Assembly (NCBI GenBank): GCA_963765895.1
Contig: CAVXZB010000023.1
Coordinates: forward strand, 224,001-288,000
From: an uncultured Nitrososphaeraceae archaeon
Lineage (GTDB): Archaea > Thermoproteota > Nitrososphaeria > Nitrososphaerales > Nitrososphaeraceae
DNA: 64,000 nucleotides
Reading direction: 5' to 3'
Below are positions 1 to 10,971 of this stretch, in pieces. A model generated the notes under the pieces. That model did no database searches, was not told where the DNA came from, and worked only from the letters and a program-made list of their open reading frames with translations. The stretch's first letter is position 1; every line of letters starts with the position of its first letter. Position numbers and translations under genes: made by a program.

Positions 1-486
1 TTCCACCTGGGCCATCTTGCGACTGTAAAGTATGCTCTTAATAGTGTGCACGAGCTAATAATTGTAATAGGTAGTGCTCAGAAAAGTCATGAACCGAGAA
101 ATCCGTTCACTGCTGGTGAACGTATTGAGATGATAAGAGATTCGCTGCAGGCAGACAAAGAGATAAGCATAGATAAAATATTCTTGATCCCTGTCCCAGA
201 TATTGAAATACACGGTTTGTGGACTCGTCAAGTGGATCTTTTAGTTCCTAGATACGGTGTGATTTTTACCAACGATAGATTCACAAGGCAGCTATACATA
301 GAGAGAGGATTCAAGGTAAAAGAGCCTGCAATGTTTAGGCGAGAAGAACTATCTGCCACTGAAGTCAGGGCTAGAATAGCGAATGGTAAAGAATGGAAGG
401 AATTGGTCACTTTCCAAACTGCTACCATTATCGAACAAATAGGAGGAGTTGAACGAATACGACATCTCAATAATCTCGGCCCCTAG
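1..486 (+). CDS. nadM: Nicotinamide-nucleotide adenylyltransferase (5' truncated by window edge)
   Basis: Frame is open from base 1 (FHLGHLATVKYAL, HxGH motif), then IGSAQKSH, NPFTAGERIEMI and SATEVR motifs of archaeal NMNAT. Confidence 0.92.
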   Translation, partial: FHLGHLATVKYALNSVHELIIVIGSAQKSHEPRNPFTAGERIEMIRDSLQADKEISIDKIFLIPVPDIEIHGLWTRQVDLLVPRYGVIFTNDRFTRQLYIERGFKVKEPAMFRREELSATEVRARIANGKEWKELVTFQTATIIEQIGGVERIRHLNNLGP

Positions 487-695
487 GAGATTGTAATAAG
501 CCAAGTATCAAATAAGATTATTGTCATGGTTTATTAAGTATTTATAAAACTCCTATAAAATAAGAATTAATTCTATAATATTTAATATTTATAGAAAATA
601 CTTTATCTATACAACGCCTTTTACCTTCATTAAAGTCATTTGTTAATAAAGGAAAATGTATTTCTATTTGATAAGTTGATATAATATGTATACTA

Positions 696-1112
696 TTGAA
701 ATTGAAATCTGGTCTTTCAGGGGAAAAAAACACAGTTCATGAAAAGGCGGCTCAAATAAGCAATTCTAATGGCAATTCATGGTTTGCCGACTTACAAAAG
801 TTGTCTGGAGATGAACTGATGCGTATATACAATATTATTAAAGGTGGGGACTATGATTTCGCAAAAGATGCATGGTATAACCCTCTGGAAATTGATAAGA
901 GGTGTCCTATCATGGTTGCTAAGGGTTATAGAACACCTGACACTCCTGAAAAGATGATTAAATTTCAAGATACTGCAAAGATACTACAAGATGAATTTCG
1001 TGCCTTTATAGATGCGTGGGACTTTGGTATTATATCAGTACACCAGATTGAGACCGCCATATTACACCTTCTCGAAGGTGCTAGTATAGAAATCACAGAA
1101 TATGCTGCATAG
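696..1112 (+). CDS. Hypothetical protein (start uncertain)
   Basis: 138-aa ORF with protein-like composition; no motif recognised. Confidence 0.5.
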   Translation: MKLKSGLSGEKNTVHEKAAQISNSNGNSWFADLQKLSGDELMRIYNIIKGGDYDFAKDAWYNPLEIDKRCPIMVAKGYRTPDTPEKMIKFQDTAKILQDEFRAFIDAWDFGIISVHQIETAILHLLEGASIEITEYAA

Positions 1113-1236
1113 ATGGTGATGCCAGGTTTTCTCTGGATTAATTATGCCGAATCCATTCAAGTGAACTAAAAATCTTGAACAAACAGCATTCTGGTTAGGA
1201 ATCCATATATGGGACATTGCTGTATGACCGGAGACA

Positions 1237-2625
1237 GTGGGATCGGCAGATTACAAAGGGAAGGCATCTGAACTACTGATTGAGAACGATATCAAGATAG
1301 GACAGAGTATCAATATACATACTAACAATGGAAAGTATTCTGGAATCTTGCTTCCTCGCTACGAGTTGTTTGATGACAACCATGTTGTTATCAAACTAAG
1401 GAATGGCTACAATATCGGTATAAATTTGACAAAAATAAGGTCTATTGAGAAAGGTAATTCCGATTCTCAGTATGATGTATACAAATTTAGAAAAGACTCA
1501 CACAATTTAATTCAAACAATAGACCGAGCCGACTCTAGCGATCAAGATAAAGCCGAAGGTAAACTTCCCAAAGTTGCGCTTATTAGTACCGGTGGTACCA
1601 TAGGCAGCAAGATTGACTACAGGACTGGAGGTGTTACCTCTGTTCTATCCGCATCTGATCTATATTTGTCAGTACCAGAAATTTCTAAATACGCGTCGGT
1701 AGATACCGACGCGTTACTAAATGAATACAGCGAAAATTTGAGGCCAGAACACTGGACTCTGATGGCAAATAAGATAATTGAAAAGGCTAACATGGGAATC
1801 TACAGAGGAATCATTTTGTCACATGGAACTGACACTATGCATTATTCATCTGCGACTCTAAGTTTTGCTCTCCGTAATATACCCATACCAGTCATACTAA
1901 CCGGAGCTCAAAGATCTTCTGACAGACCGTCATCTGATGCCGCCATTAACTTGATAGGGGCAACCAAATTTGCTGTAGAATCAGAGTATTCTGGAGTCTT
2001 CGTTCTAATGCATGCTGACGTTTCCGATAATCTATTAGCATGTCACCTAGGCACGCGAGTTCGAAAAAACCATACCAGCAGTCGCGATGCATTCGAATCG
2101 ATTGATATCAAACCTGTCGCGCTAATCAATGGAGAAAATATCAAAATGCAACATAATCCTACACTAGAGTTACAAAGACGTAAGGATGCAAATTATTCTT
2201 CGTACAAAACATCTTTTGATAGACACGTAATTTTGCTTAAATTTTATCCTGGGTTCGAACCCGCGCTCATTTCACATGTGGTACAAAGTGGCTATAAGGC
2301 CATAATCTTTGAAGGAACAGGTCTCGGTCATGTGGGTGGAGAGTGCATTGCACCATTAAAACAGGCAATCGATTCGGGGATGATGATATTCATGACTTCG
2401 CAATGTATCTGGGGAAGAGTTAATATGAATGTGTATGAGACTGGAAGAGATCTACTCCAAATTGGGGTCGTACCATTGTCAGATATGACATCTGAAACTG
2501 CGTTGGTAAAGGCAATGTGGATATTGGCAGATAATCAACGTTACGAGGACATGAAAAGATTGATGCAAGAAAATATATGTAATGAAATATCTTCTGTTAG
2601 CCCTATACAAACAGATAAGAAATAA
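1237..2625 (+). CDS. gatD: Glu-tRNA(Gln) amidotransferase subunit D
   Basis: N-terminal VIKLRNGYNIG; asparaginase motifs STGGTI, HGTDT, GAQRSSDRPSSD; adjacent to gatE. Confidence 0.97.
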   Translation: MGSADYKGKASELLIENDIKIGQSINIHTNNGKYSGILLPRYELFDDNHVVIKLRNGYNIGINLTKIRSIEKGNSDSQYDVYKFRKDSHNLIQTIDRADSSDQDKAEGKLPKVALISTGGTIGSKIDYRTGGVTSVLSASDLYLSVPEISKYASVDTDALLNEYSENLRPEHWTLMANKIIEKANMGIYRGIILSHGTDTMHYSSATLSFALRNIPIPVILTGAQRSSDRPSSDAAINLIGATKFAVESEYSGVFVLMHADVSDNLLACHLGTRVRKNHTSSRDAFESIDIKPVALINGENIKMQHNPTLELQRRKDANYSSYKTSFDRHVILLKFYPGFEPALISHVVQSGYKAIIFEGTGLGHVGGECIAPLKQAIDSGMMIFMTSQCIWGRVNMNVYETGRDLLQIGVVPLSDMTSETALVKAMWILADNQRYEDMKRLMQENICNEISSVSPIQTDKK

Positions 2626-2652
2626 AAGACTTCAATTACTTTCGTACTTCAA

Positions 2653-4560
2653 GTGTTAACAAATCCACTAACGATAAATTTAAAAGTTGGCTTGGAAATT
2701 CACCAACAACTTGCTACAGGAACTAAGCTCTTCTGTCAGTGCGATTGCAATGAGAACGAAGAGTATACCCTAGTGCTTTCACGAAGTTTAAGGCCTGCCC
2801 AAAGCGAACTGGGAATAGTCGATCCAGCTGCATTATTTGAATTTAAAAAGATTCAATCTGTAAAGTATCATGCAGCGAACAGAACGAGCTGTTTAGTAGA
2901 AGCTGATGAAGAACCACCACATCAGGTAAATAGGGATGCTCTTGAATCCGCTCTAATTTTTTCTATGGCACTCAATTCGGACATCTTTGATGAAATTCAC
3001 GTAATGCGCAAAATAGTCATAGATGGATCAAATACAGGCGGGTTTCAGCGAACCATGTTAATTTCTATGGGTGGATTTATCGAAGTTAATGGGAAGAAGA
3101 CTGGCGTTCAAAGCATATGCCTCGAAGAGGACGCTGCAAAGTTGATATCAGATAATAATAACCTAAGGGAATATGGACTCGATAGATTAGGGATACCATT
3201 GGTCGAGATCGCACTTGAACCAATCTCCGGTACCCCGCAAGAAGTTATGCAACTAGCACTGGGCTTGGGCAGAATATTAAGGTCAAGTAAAAGAGTGGCC
3301 CGAGGCATAGGAAGCATAAGACAAGACGTCAATATCTCAATAGAAAATGGTCGAGTTGTGGAAATAAAAGGTGTACAAAAATTAGAACAGTTAGTCAAAG
3401 TCATTGAATATGAAGTAATTAGGCAACATGGTTTAATGATTATTGCGAATATACTGAAAAATGAGAGAGGAATTGCAGAAATAAGAATTGATAAAAGGAT
3501 AGTCGATGTCACTGATATCCTAAGAACATCATCCTCTAAAAAAATCCTTGATTCACTTAAGAATCAAAATACAGTATATAAGGCCATTAAAATAGAAGGT
3601 TTTTCTGGAATACTCGGGTATGAACCGTACGACAAAATTAGATTGGGTAAGGAATTGAGTCAAATCGTTCGCTTCTACGGTATTGGCGGAATATTTCATT
3701 CCGATGAGCTTCCAGGTTATGGAATCTCGAAGGAAGACGTCGACAACATAAGAAAAAAACTTGAAATAAGGTCTACAGATGATGCATTCATAATAATTGG
3801 CGGGATCCTAGCAAATGTGTCATCTGCAATAATATCATTGATTCAGAGGCTAGAAGTTGTACTAGAAGGAGTTCCTGCGGAAACACGAGCTGCAACACAA
3901 AGTGGTGAAACCGTGTACATTAGACCTAGACCTGGATCCGCTAGAATGTACCCCGAAACCGATGTAGCTCCGATCAAAGTCGATAATCTGCTTCTTGACT
4001 CGCTACGTCAGAAGATTCCGCGGCCAATAGAAGAATACACAAATGAGCTAATTAGTAAATATGGATTAAACAAGAAACTTGCCGAAGAGATCTTTGATTC
4101 ACAATATCTAAATCTCTTTGAGAAGATTGTATCCTCAACGAAGATATCTCCTACTTTTGTAGCATCAAAATTGACAGAGGACATAACCAATCTAGAAAGA
4201 CAGGGATATGATAGTTCAATTCTAACCCAAGAAAAGTTGTTTGAGATCTTCAACGAGCTTGACGCCGGCAGAATCGCCAAGGAGTCAGTAACCTTACTTT
4301 ATCAGAAGCTCATGAGTCAAGAGATAAAAGATCTAAATGAATTCGAATCTGGAGTTGAAACTATGACAGAACAGCAGCTGGAAGAGGAAATCGATAGTAT
4401 CTTATGCAAACATCTAGATACAATAAAGGAGAAGGGCATGAACTCTATGGGCATGCTAATGGGGCGAACGATGGCTGTGCTTAGAGGTAAATCAGATGGT
4501 CATAAGATAAATGCACTCCTGAAACTGAAATTAGAGCAAATCTTGGCCTCCGAGAACTAA
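2653..4560 (+). CDS. gatE: Glu-tRNA(Gln) amidotransferase subunit E
   Basis: KVGLEIHQQL, DGSNTGGFQRT, LDRLGIPLVEI, RPRPGSARMYPETD motifs. Confidence 0.97.
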   Translation: MLTNPLTINLKVGLEIHQQLATGTKLFCQCDCNENEEYTLVLSRSLRPAQSELGIVDPAALFEFKKIQSVKYHAANRTSCLVEADEEPPHQVNRDALESALIFSMALNSDIFDEIHVMRKIVIDGSNTGGFQRTMLISMGGFIEVNGKKTGVQSICLEEDAAKLISDNNNLREYGLDRLGIPLVEIALEPISGTPQEVMQLALGLGRILRSSKRVARGIGSIRQDVNISIENGRVVEIKGVQKLEQLVKVIEYEVIRQHGLMIIANILKNERGIAEIRIDKRIVDVTDILRTSSSKKILDSLKNQNTVYKAIKIEGFSGILGYEPYDKIRLGKELSQIVRFYGIGGIFHSDELPGYGISKEDVDNIRKKLEIRSTDDAFIIIGGILANVSSAIISLIQRLEVVLEGVPAETRAATQSGETVYIRPRPGSARMYPETDVAPIKVDNLLLDSLRQKIPRPIEEYTNELISKYGLNKKLAEEIFDSQYLNLFEKIVSSTKISPTFVASKLTEDITNLERQGYDSSILTQEKLFEIFNELDAGRIAKESVTLLYQKLMSQEIKDLNEFESGVETMTEQQLEEEIDSILCKHLDTIKEKGMNSMGMLMGRTMAVLRGKSDGHKINALLKLKLEQILASEN

Positions 4561-5281
4561 TTCGCTCCACTACCAATTGAATATGATTCACGATAAATAA
4601 ATAACTGGTTGAATAGTATATCATATGATCTTTCTATAAAGATAATTCATGTACCGAATTGTCGAGTTGAGCTTCATTTTTTATTAATTAACTGGGTCGC
4701 TTACTATACAACATAAGCGTAGCGAAGAGCAGTCACAATATTATTCATGCAATTCTCGACCTATCATTGTTATTTTAAGCTGCGAAAATTCAATCTTTGC
4801 GACTTGAGGAACTATCCACTAAAGACTTGCAGGCTGAACCTATGCGCCTAGCAGCTAAATTATAGTAACGAATTTTGATACGATCTTAATGATAGTAATA
4901 AATAAGAACCGACTTTGATTGTTATATTATTTTCTATACCTTTGATTCTTCTATTTCCGTAAATGGGTGCGATCTTTGTCTGGATCCAGTTGAGATGTTA
5001 AGCGAGCTTTGTATATATTATCCTGCCAGAAATCCAATCATTGCACACTGGTCCTTTACCCAATTTGTTATATGAACTACTGTCATCTTTTTTCTTAACA
5101 ATCTTCCATGCAAAAAGTCAATTAAGTCAGTTACGGCATCCTAAATTATTAATTCGATACACACATCGCGAGGATTAAAATACTCGTCAAAATTATTGGA
5201 GAGTTTCAATGTCATTAGAAAATCAAGTCAATTTTGGCTCTATCATACGTAGCTGTAATAGTGGCATGTAATAGCGCCTTA

Positions 5282-6298
5282 TCAATAGTTATTTACACTG
5301 TTATAAGGTAAATCAAATTTTTTGTTTATGCTACCATAGAGATCATATATCCTTCCCCCTGCATAGTCGCTAACATAGTTCCACATGTCCGGGTTTACAG
5401 TCAGGGGTTCAAAGGCCAGTTTTTGTTTATCATCCAATAAATCATATACCATTTGACCTATCACTATTTGATCTGGCTTTGCTAGTCCAGTCATTTTTGT
5501 AGTAATATTGATAGTATAGCCAAGAGCATCGAGATGAGCCTTTTTCATTATAACCTTTCCATTTCTATTATATGTATCCCATCCATACTGGACAACTACA
5601 TTCTCACCAATGTCTATGCCAATTCTAACCTTCAGCTCGGGGTAGTCGTATTGGTTCAAAATGGGGTTTATACCTTCACGATTCACCTTTATCATCGAGC
5701 ATGCACAATTGACAGCATTGAGACAGGGCAAGTATGCGTTTATCTTGTAGCTTTCGTCTTTATCGTAATCAGGGACCACAAAGAAGGCCAAAATGGCATC
5801 ACCTACATATTTTAAAATATATCCCCCATAAGCCTCAATCAACATAGACATTTCTTGGGTAAATGCCTGGATTATCGTTGCTAACCTGTCTATAGGGAGC
5901 ATCATTGATAGCCTAGTTGATTCTACGAGGTCGATATAGAGGATTACAAATGTGACTTTGGATCCTTCGTAGCTTTCTAAAATATTCTGAGTTTCCTCCA
6001 TGGAAATATTAAACTGTGGTTTTACTTTTAGGGCCTGCCAGATTCTAGATTGTGCCTGTTTGATTGCCAAATCTACATTAACTATCGTATCAAGATAAAG
6101 ACCACTCAGCAACGGGGCATCTCTTTGCCTCTTCTTAGAATTCCTTTTGTTTGTCTTGTAGATATTAGTTTCATTAATTATAGCAATAATATCCTCCCGG
6201 TTCAAATCCATCTGCAATGCAATAACGTCTGGCGAAATTCCAGACTTGTACAAGTTAAGTATAGTTTCTCTTTGTTCTAATGATATATATGATATCAC
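5282..6298 (-). CDS. Class III adenylate/guanylate cyclase with N-terminal HTH-like segment
   Basis: YIDLVEST and KYVGDAI metal-binding Asp motifs, RIGIDIG, DALGYTINITTKM; N-terminal LYKSGISPDVIALQMDLNREDI resembles an HTH. Confidence 0.88.
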   Translation of the reverse strand: MISYISLEQRETILNLYKSGISPDVIALQMDLNREDIIAIINETNIYKTNKRNSKKRQRDAPLLSGLYLDTIVNVDLAIKQAQSRIWQALKVKPQFNISMEETQNILESYEGSKVTFVILYIDLVESTRLSMMLPIDRLATIIQAFTQEMSMLIEAYGGYILKYVGDAILAFFVVPDYDKDESYKINAYLPCLNAVNCACSMIKVNREGINPILNQYDYPELKVRIGIDIGENVVVQYGWDTYNRNGKVIMKKAHLDALGYTINITTKMTGLAKPDQIVIGQMVYDLLDDKQKLAFEPLTVNPDMWNYVSDYAGGRIYDLYGSINKKFDLPYNSVNNY

Positions 6299-6994
6299 CT
6301 TATCGCTATAGTTGGATTTATGTCATTCAACATGTTTTACATTAACTAGACGCCTTCATATTATTATTGTGATGAGCCTATAGGCAAATCATTTACTAAC
6401 CAAGCCACAAATCTCAGTCACTATCGGAGCTCTTATGAAGATGGCCTTAATTTTGGCTGATATTTATCAAAACGTTTCGAAGATATATTGTCTAGCTGTT
6501 AGACAAAAACCCAGGGGTTTTTCTCATAGGATATAAATCGATGGGGCCATTTAAATTTGATTCGAAAAGAAGTATGCCATATTAGTATATTTATCATTAG
6601 TGTTATGTCCCAATCCCTTTTTCGGGATTAGATTTGCTTATAAACAGCCAAAGACACTTTCGGGTAGGAAGATATTTTCCTGAATTCAATTGTTATAGCC
6701 TTCGATTTTTTTATTTATAAATGACGATCACTCTCGTGTTAGTATGCATAGAGGATATATGTCCTATCAAGGATTACTATTACATTATACGAAACATTTC
6801 ATTAGCACCTCAGCTATGTCAAGGCTAACGAATTCCTCAAATCCCTAGGGACTTTTTTTATCACAATTCTGTTCCGAAACCCAAGTGAGAACATAATTCA
6901 AAATTATGCTTGACAGGCTGATCTTTTAAGCAAAGGATCTTAACATTTTTTGCTAACATACACAAAGACTCATATCCCAGGCATTTAGAAGGTC

Positions 6995-7369
6995 ATGTAC
7001 CTGATGCTAACGACCGCGCCAGATGACTTGACTAAAGCCAGGATCGTGTACATGATTTTGAATGGTAGAACTGAAGAAGCGTTAAATCAGCTTAGTAAAT
7101 TCTATAATATTAGCACTCCAGAAATAGTTGTTGGGACTATAAAAGGAAAAAGGAAGAGCGTATATGCTATATACGTTCAAAATAGCATGAAAATTTATGC
7201 CATTAACTCTGATATATTCTACAACCCTTTTGTTATATTGCATGAATTCTATCACCATTTAAGGACCAGGGGAGGAGTACACCGAGGAACTGAGAGGCAT
7301 GCGAACAGCTATGCCATGAGTTTCATATCTTCATATAACAATGTAGCCAGGAATAAATACCTAACATAA
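6995..7369 (+). CDS. Small zincin-like (HExxH) hypothetical protein
   Basis: FVILHEFYHHLR followed by TERHANSYA (ExxA[ND]) motif. Confidence 0.7.
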   Translation: MYLMLTTAPDDLTKARIVYMILNGRTEEALNQLSKFYNISTPEIVVGTIKGKRKSVYAIYVQNSMKIYAINSDIFYNPFVILHEFYHHLRTRGGVHRGTERHANSYAMSFISSYNNVARNKYLT

Positions 7370-7573
7370 GGTGTCAGACCTAGACTATAATTAATTACGG
7401 AGGGTCTAATCTGAAGTTCATGACTTTAAAGATTCTCTAGATAAACACCCACGATCCTTGTGTACCATTCCGCTTGAGGATTTCAATAATCATAATCATA
7501 TTATTAAGATGCATATTACCTAATTCGATTGAGAAATACATAAATGTGAAAATAAATACGCGAGATTATATAA

Positions 7574-9146
7574 TCAGCTTTTTGAAATGTTCTCGACTTC
7601 AGAATCTGCGCCTCCTTCATAAGTAAGTCCGAGAGCAGAAAGTACCCTTCGTCCAGCATTAGAGGAAGACAATCGAGAAATTATATCGCTAACTCTGATC
7701 ATATATTCTTCTCTTTGTTTGTCTGGTGAATCGTAGCGCAAAATTAATTCTCCCTTTATGGGGCTTTTTACCATTAACATTTGTATAACTGGCTCAAAAC
7801 CTGACGCTATTGATCTTAGAAACGAGACTACTAAATCTTCGTGATACGATAAGTGGCCATCTGGAGATTGATTGTTCGTTATAACAACTGCTTCTTTGTC
7901 ATCAACTGTAATTGAATAAAGCCTAACGTACGATGATACTGAACGAATGTCTAATAACTGTTGCAGTTTCTCCTCAAGTTTACTTCCCATAATCATGATT
8001 CGTGTAATATCAGTAGCTCTGTGGAACTCCTTTTGAAGTAAGTCTATCCGGCGGTTTTCCTTTTCATTAATATACTCTACTCTCGGGACTCTACCCTCAG
8101 CTATAAGTTGTTCATAATTAGATGAGCTCTCGTTTACAGAAGGATCTGTTCCGCCAGCATGGAGGTCATTTAAGTCGTATTCAATTTTTATTACTTTGTT
8201 TGTGGGCCTCGATTCAGCAGAAAGTATGACTGATAAGGACCTTCCACCTTCTAACTTTGTATACGTCATATAATAATTCTCGACTGAGACCATTTCTGGC
8301 TCTCTTTCAGAATCATGTTGATAGTCATTTGAATGGCCTAATCTAAAGGATCTCCTCAATTTCTCTGAAATAGAGGTTTTAAAACCTATTGGAATTGATA
8401 TCTGATCTATTTCTAAATCAATTACCTTTCTGTCGTTTTTCCAAAAACTTGCAGTCGATGCATCAACATAAAATGAGTATGAAACTGATGAGGTTTGGGT
8501 ATTACCGTACTCCTCGGCTGTCCCCAACGTGATTTCAGTTGACCTAGAGATCCTATAGCCTTCACCAACATCTTCAACCTTTGCGATCAATACATTCGTA
8601 GCACGAGAGATAAGCATGTTTGGCAGATTGTTTTTATCCTTAGATAACCATGCTTGTAAAAGTATCACAGAGCTCATATAGAAATCATCCCTCTTCGATC
8701 CGAGATATGTTTTGTATTCGTCAAAACTGGTGATACACTCTCTTTCTACATCGGTGATTGACCGTACCATAGAATTTTTAACTTTAAGAAATGGCTCAGC
8801 ACCTACTTGATCCGGAAAGTATACTTTGGCCAATTTTTCATAGAACTCATTAAAAAATGTATCCATTTCTGCTTCGCAGGAGGTCTTGAATTGATTTATC
8901 TTTACATTCACTGATTCTCGCAAAATTTCCGTATTCTTTAATAGAAAATTCAATTTAGCCACGTTTCCATGAATTTGTAGTACATGTATCTGAGATAGAA
9001 ACGAAATCCTTCAACATATCTATTATATTCTTGTTCTCCGCATACGGCGAATAATCTCCAAAAAGATAAGTTCCCTCAGTCTGACTGCTACCCTGAGAAG
9101 AGGTAGTAGACTCAACACTGTTCTGCTCTTTATTCTCGTATCCCAT
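7574..9146 (-). CDS. Large hypothetical protein, split by an apparent +1 frameshift near 8988
   Basis: ORFs 8955..9146 and 7574..8962 join if one base is removed (DFVSIS/HVLQIHGNVAKLNFLL). Confidence 0.6.
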
Positions 9147-9884
9147 TATTGCGTGGTATACATTTTCAATATATGAATTAAAGTATCATGCCCAATTCCA
9201 TTTTATCACCTGGTCTTATTGGTTGATTTTCTTGGACGTTTTTGTTTTATTTCTTGGTCTTTTTTGAGTCAATTTGCTCATTACATTGTATTTCAGGCGT
9301 CCCAACTTGTATTGTTTGACCGAAAATTTTATGTGATAAGTCAACGCGTGCTCGCTAGTTCCAGTGCTAGTCTCATATTCTAGCCTATCACATCTATATA
9401 ACTTGTAATATTTATAAGATTTATACTCAACATTAGGCTGTCCAGTATTTCTTGTAGTCATCAAGTAAAAATCTTATCTAAAGCAGAAATATAGCTAGTG
9501 ATACACACTAGGCAGTATTTCCCAATTTAGGAAATATCCGTGTTTAGATAGTACATACAATAACCTTTTACTTTTTAATGCTCATCAGCTAACGTACTAG
9601 TCCAAACAACAGTCGGTTTCCTCAAGCGGCAAATGCGGCCGATGAAATGGTCGTATGCCACTAACAGATGCTTGCACCTACCCAATCTAAAAATTGTCAT
9701 AGATTTGAATGGAGTATTACTCGAAGCTGATTTCTTTTACATAAAATACTTTCATAGCTAGATTTCTTAAGATTGTATAATTCTTTAATCCATGTAGAAT
9801 CTACACGGAGTTTGAACGTGACAAAAATTAGAGCGATTGCATGAGTAAAAGGCTTTAATTAATCAACATACAGGATACTATTAG

Positions 9885-10475
9885 TTGATATTAATGCATA
9901 AAATTTATTTTGTTTCTGGTGCCTTCTTATTGATAATAATAACAATCTTTCTAGCTAATGTCGAGAGCAATGCAGGATCAAACAGTGGGAACATTAAGAG
10001 AGTACAAAATGAAATTTCAACCAATGAAGCACAAACATCCAATTCGCAGAAGCAGATCGGAATTTCAATCGCAAATCTAACCGTCGAGAGGATTAATAAC
10101 AATGATTCAAATGTTCATCTTATATTTGATGTTACCAATCCCACCAAAGGAACCATAATTTTGGAAGAAATTCATTATAATCTAATAGTAAAAAATACTA
10201 AATTGCTCTCAGGAACTATAGGACAAAAGCTGGAGGGTTTCTTGACCCCATCTGCAGATATATATCCTATTATTGGTAATGGCTCCATAATGCTAAAGGA
10301 TAAGAAGATAGTCGATCGTCGCAACTTTAATTCAACTATCTGGAATAACTTTGATCAGGGGAAGACTAATACTATAATAAATGGTACAATTTCCTACAAA
10401 ACTACTGTAGGATTAGAATCTAATAGATCCGAAAAGGACTTCCGGTTTAGGGTTCCTGCCCATCATAATCTCTAA
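9885..10475 (+). CDS. Membrane-anchored LEA_2-like beta-sandwich protein
   Basis: N-terminal TM helix; FDVTNP...IHYNL...GTI pattern typical of LEA_2/WHy domains. Confidence 0.55.
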   Translation: MILMHKIYFVSGAFLLIIITIFLANVESNAGSNSGNIKRVQNEISTNEAQTSNSQKQIGISIANLTVERINNNDSNVHLIFDVTNPTKGTIILEEIHYNLIVKNTKLLSGTIGQKLEGFLTPSADIYPIIGNGSIMLKDKKIVDRRNFNSTIWNNFDQGKTNTIINGTISYKTTVGLESNRSEKDFRFRVPAHHNL

Positions 10476-10810
10476 TAGTATGACCTTTTCTGCAAGTATA
10501 TCCGTACTTTTAATGATTTGCATGTCGTTAATCTAGAAGATAATATGTGAATATTCCTAATCTTGTTCTGTCTTACATCAGTATTCAGACCCAATTTGTT
10601 ATGTGGATTAATTCCACTAAACAGTGATCAGATCTAGTCCCAGAAATGATGTAGGGCTAAGATAATCTGCAGATGTTAGGAAAATTTCATAGGGATTTCT
10701 CTTGATAGTTTGCTACCACGTCGGAATGATAGTCCAACATATCTTTCGGAATAAGAATAGATTATACCAATTTGCCTAATTTGACGCGAGACTAATGGGA
10801 AGGCACTGGA

Positions 10811-10858
10811 CTATTATTATGATTATTATTATTGTTATTATTTATTGTTATTATTATC
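10811..10858. repeat. Imperfect (TTA/TTG)n AT-rich microsatellite
   Basis: ctattattatgattattattattgttattattttattgttattattatc. Confidence 0.6.
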
Positions 10859-10971
10859 TTTGCAGTACACGGCTGAACTGCAAAAAAAAGTGTTGATCTT
10901 TATAATCAGTAGACAGTTAATGATCCAAAAAATCAATGGATTCCAAACAAGTATCAAGCAATAGCCAGGTC

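Noticed and set aside
5282-6298. Pycsar/CBASS-type defence cyclase
   Set aside because: No adjacent cNMP-binding TIR or TM effector gene next to either cyclase.
9216-9464. 82-aa ORF, and similar short ORFs at 542, 15928, 17013, 42218, 45669, 60664 and 63242 plus antisense ORFs inside large genes
   Set aside because: No motifs; consistent with chance ORFs in AT-rich DNA or antisense shadows.
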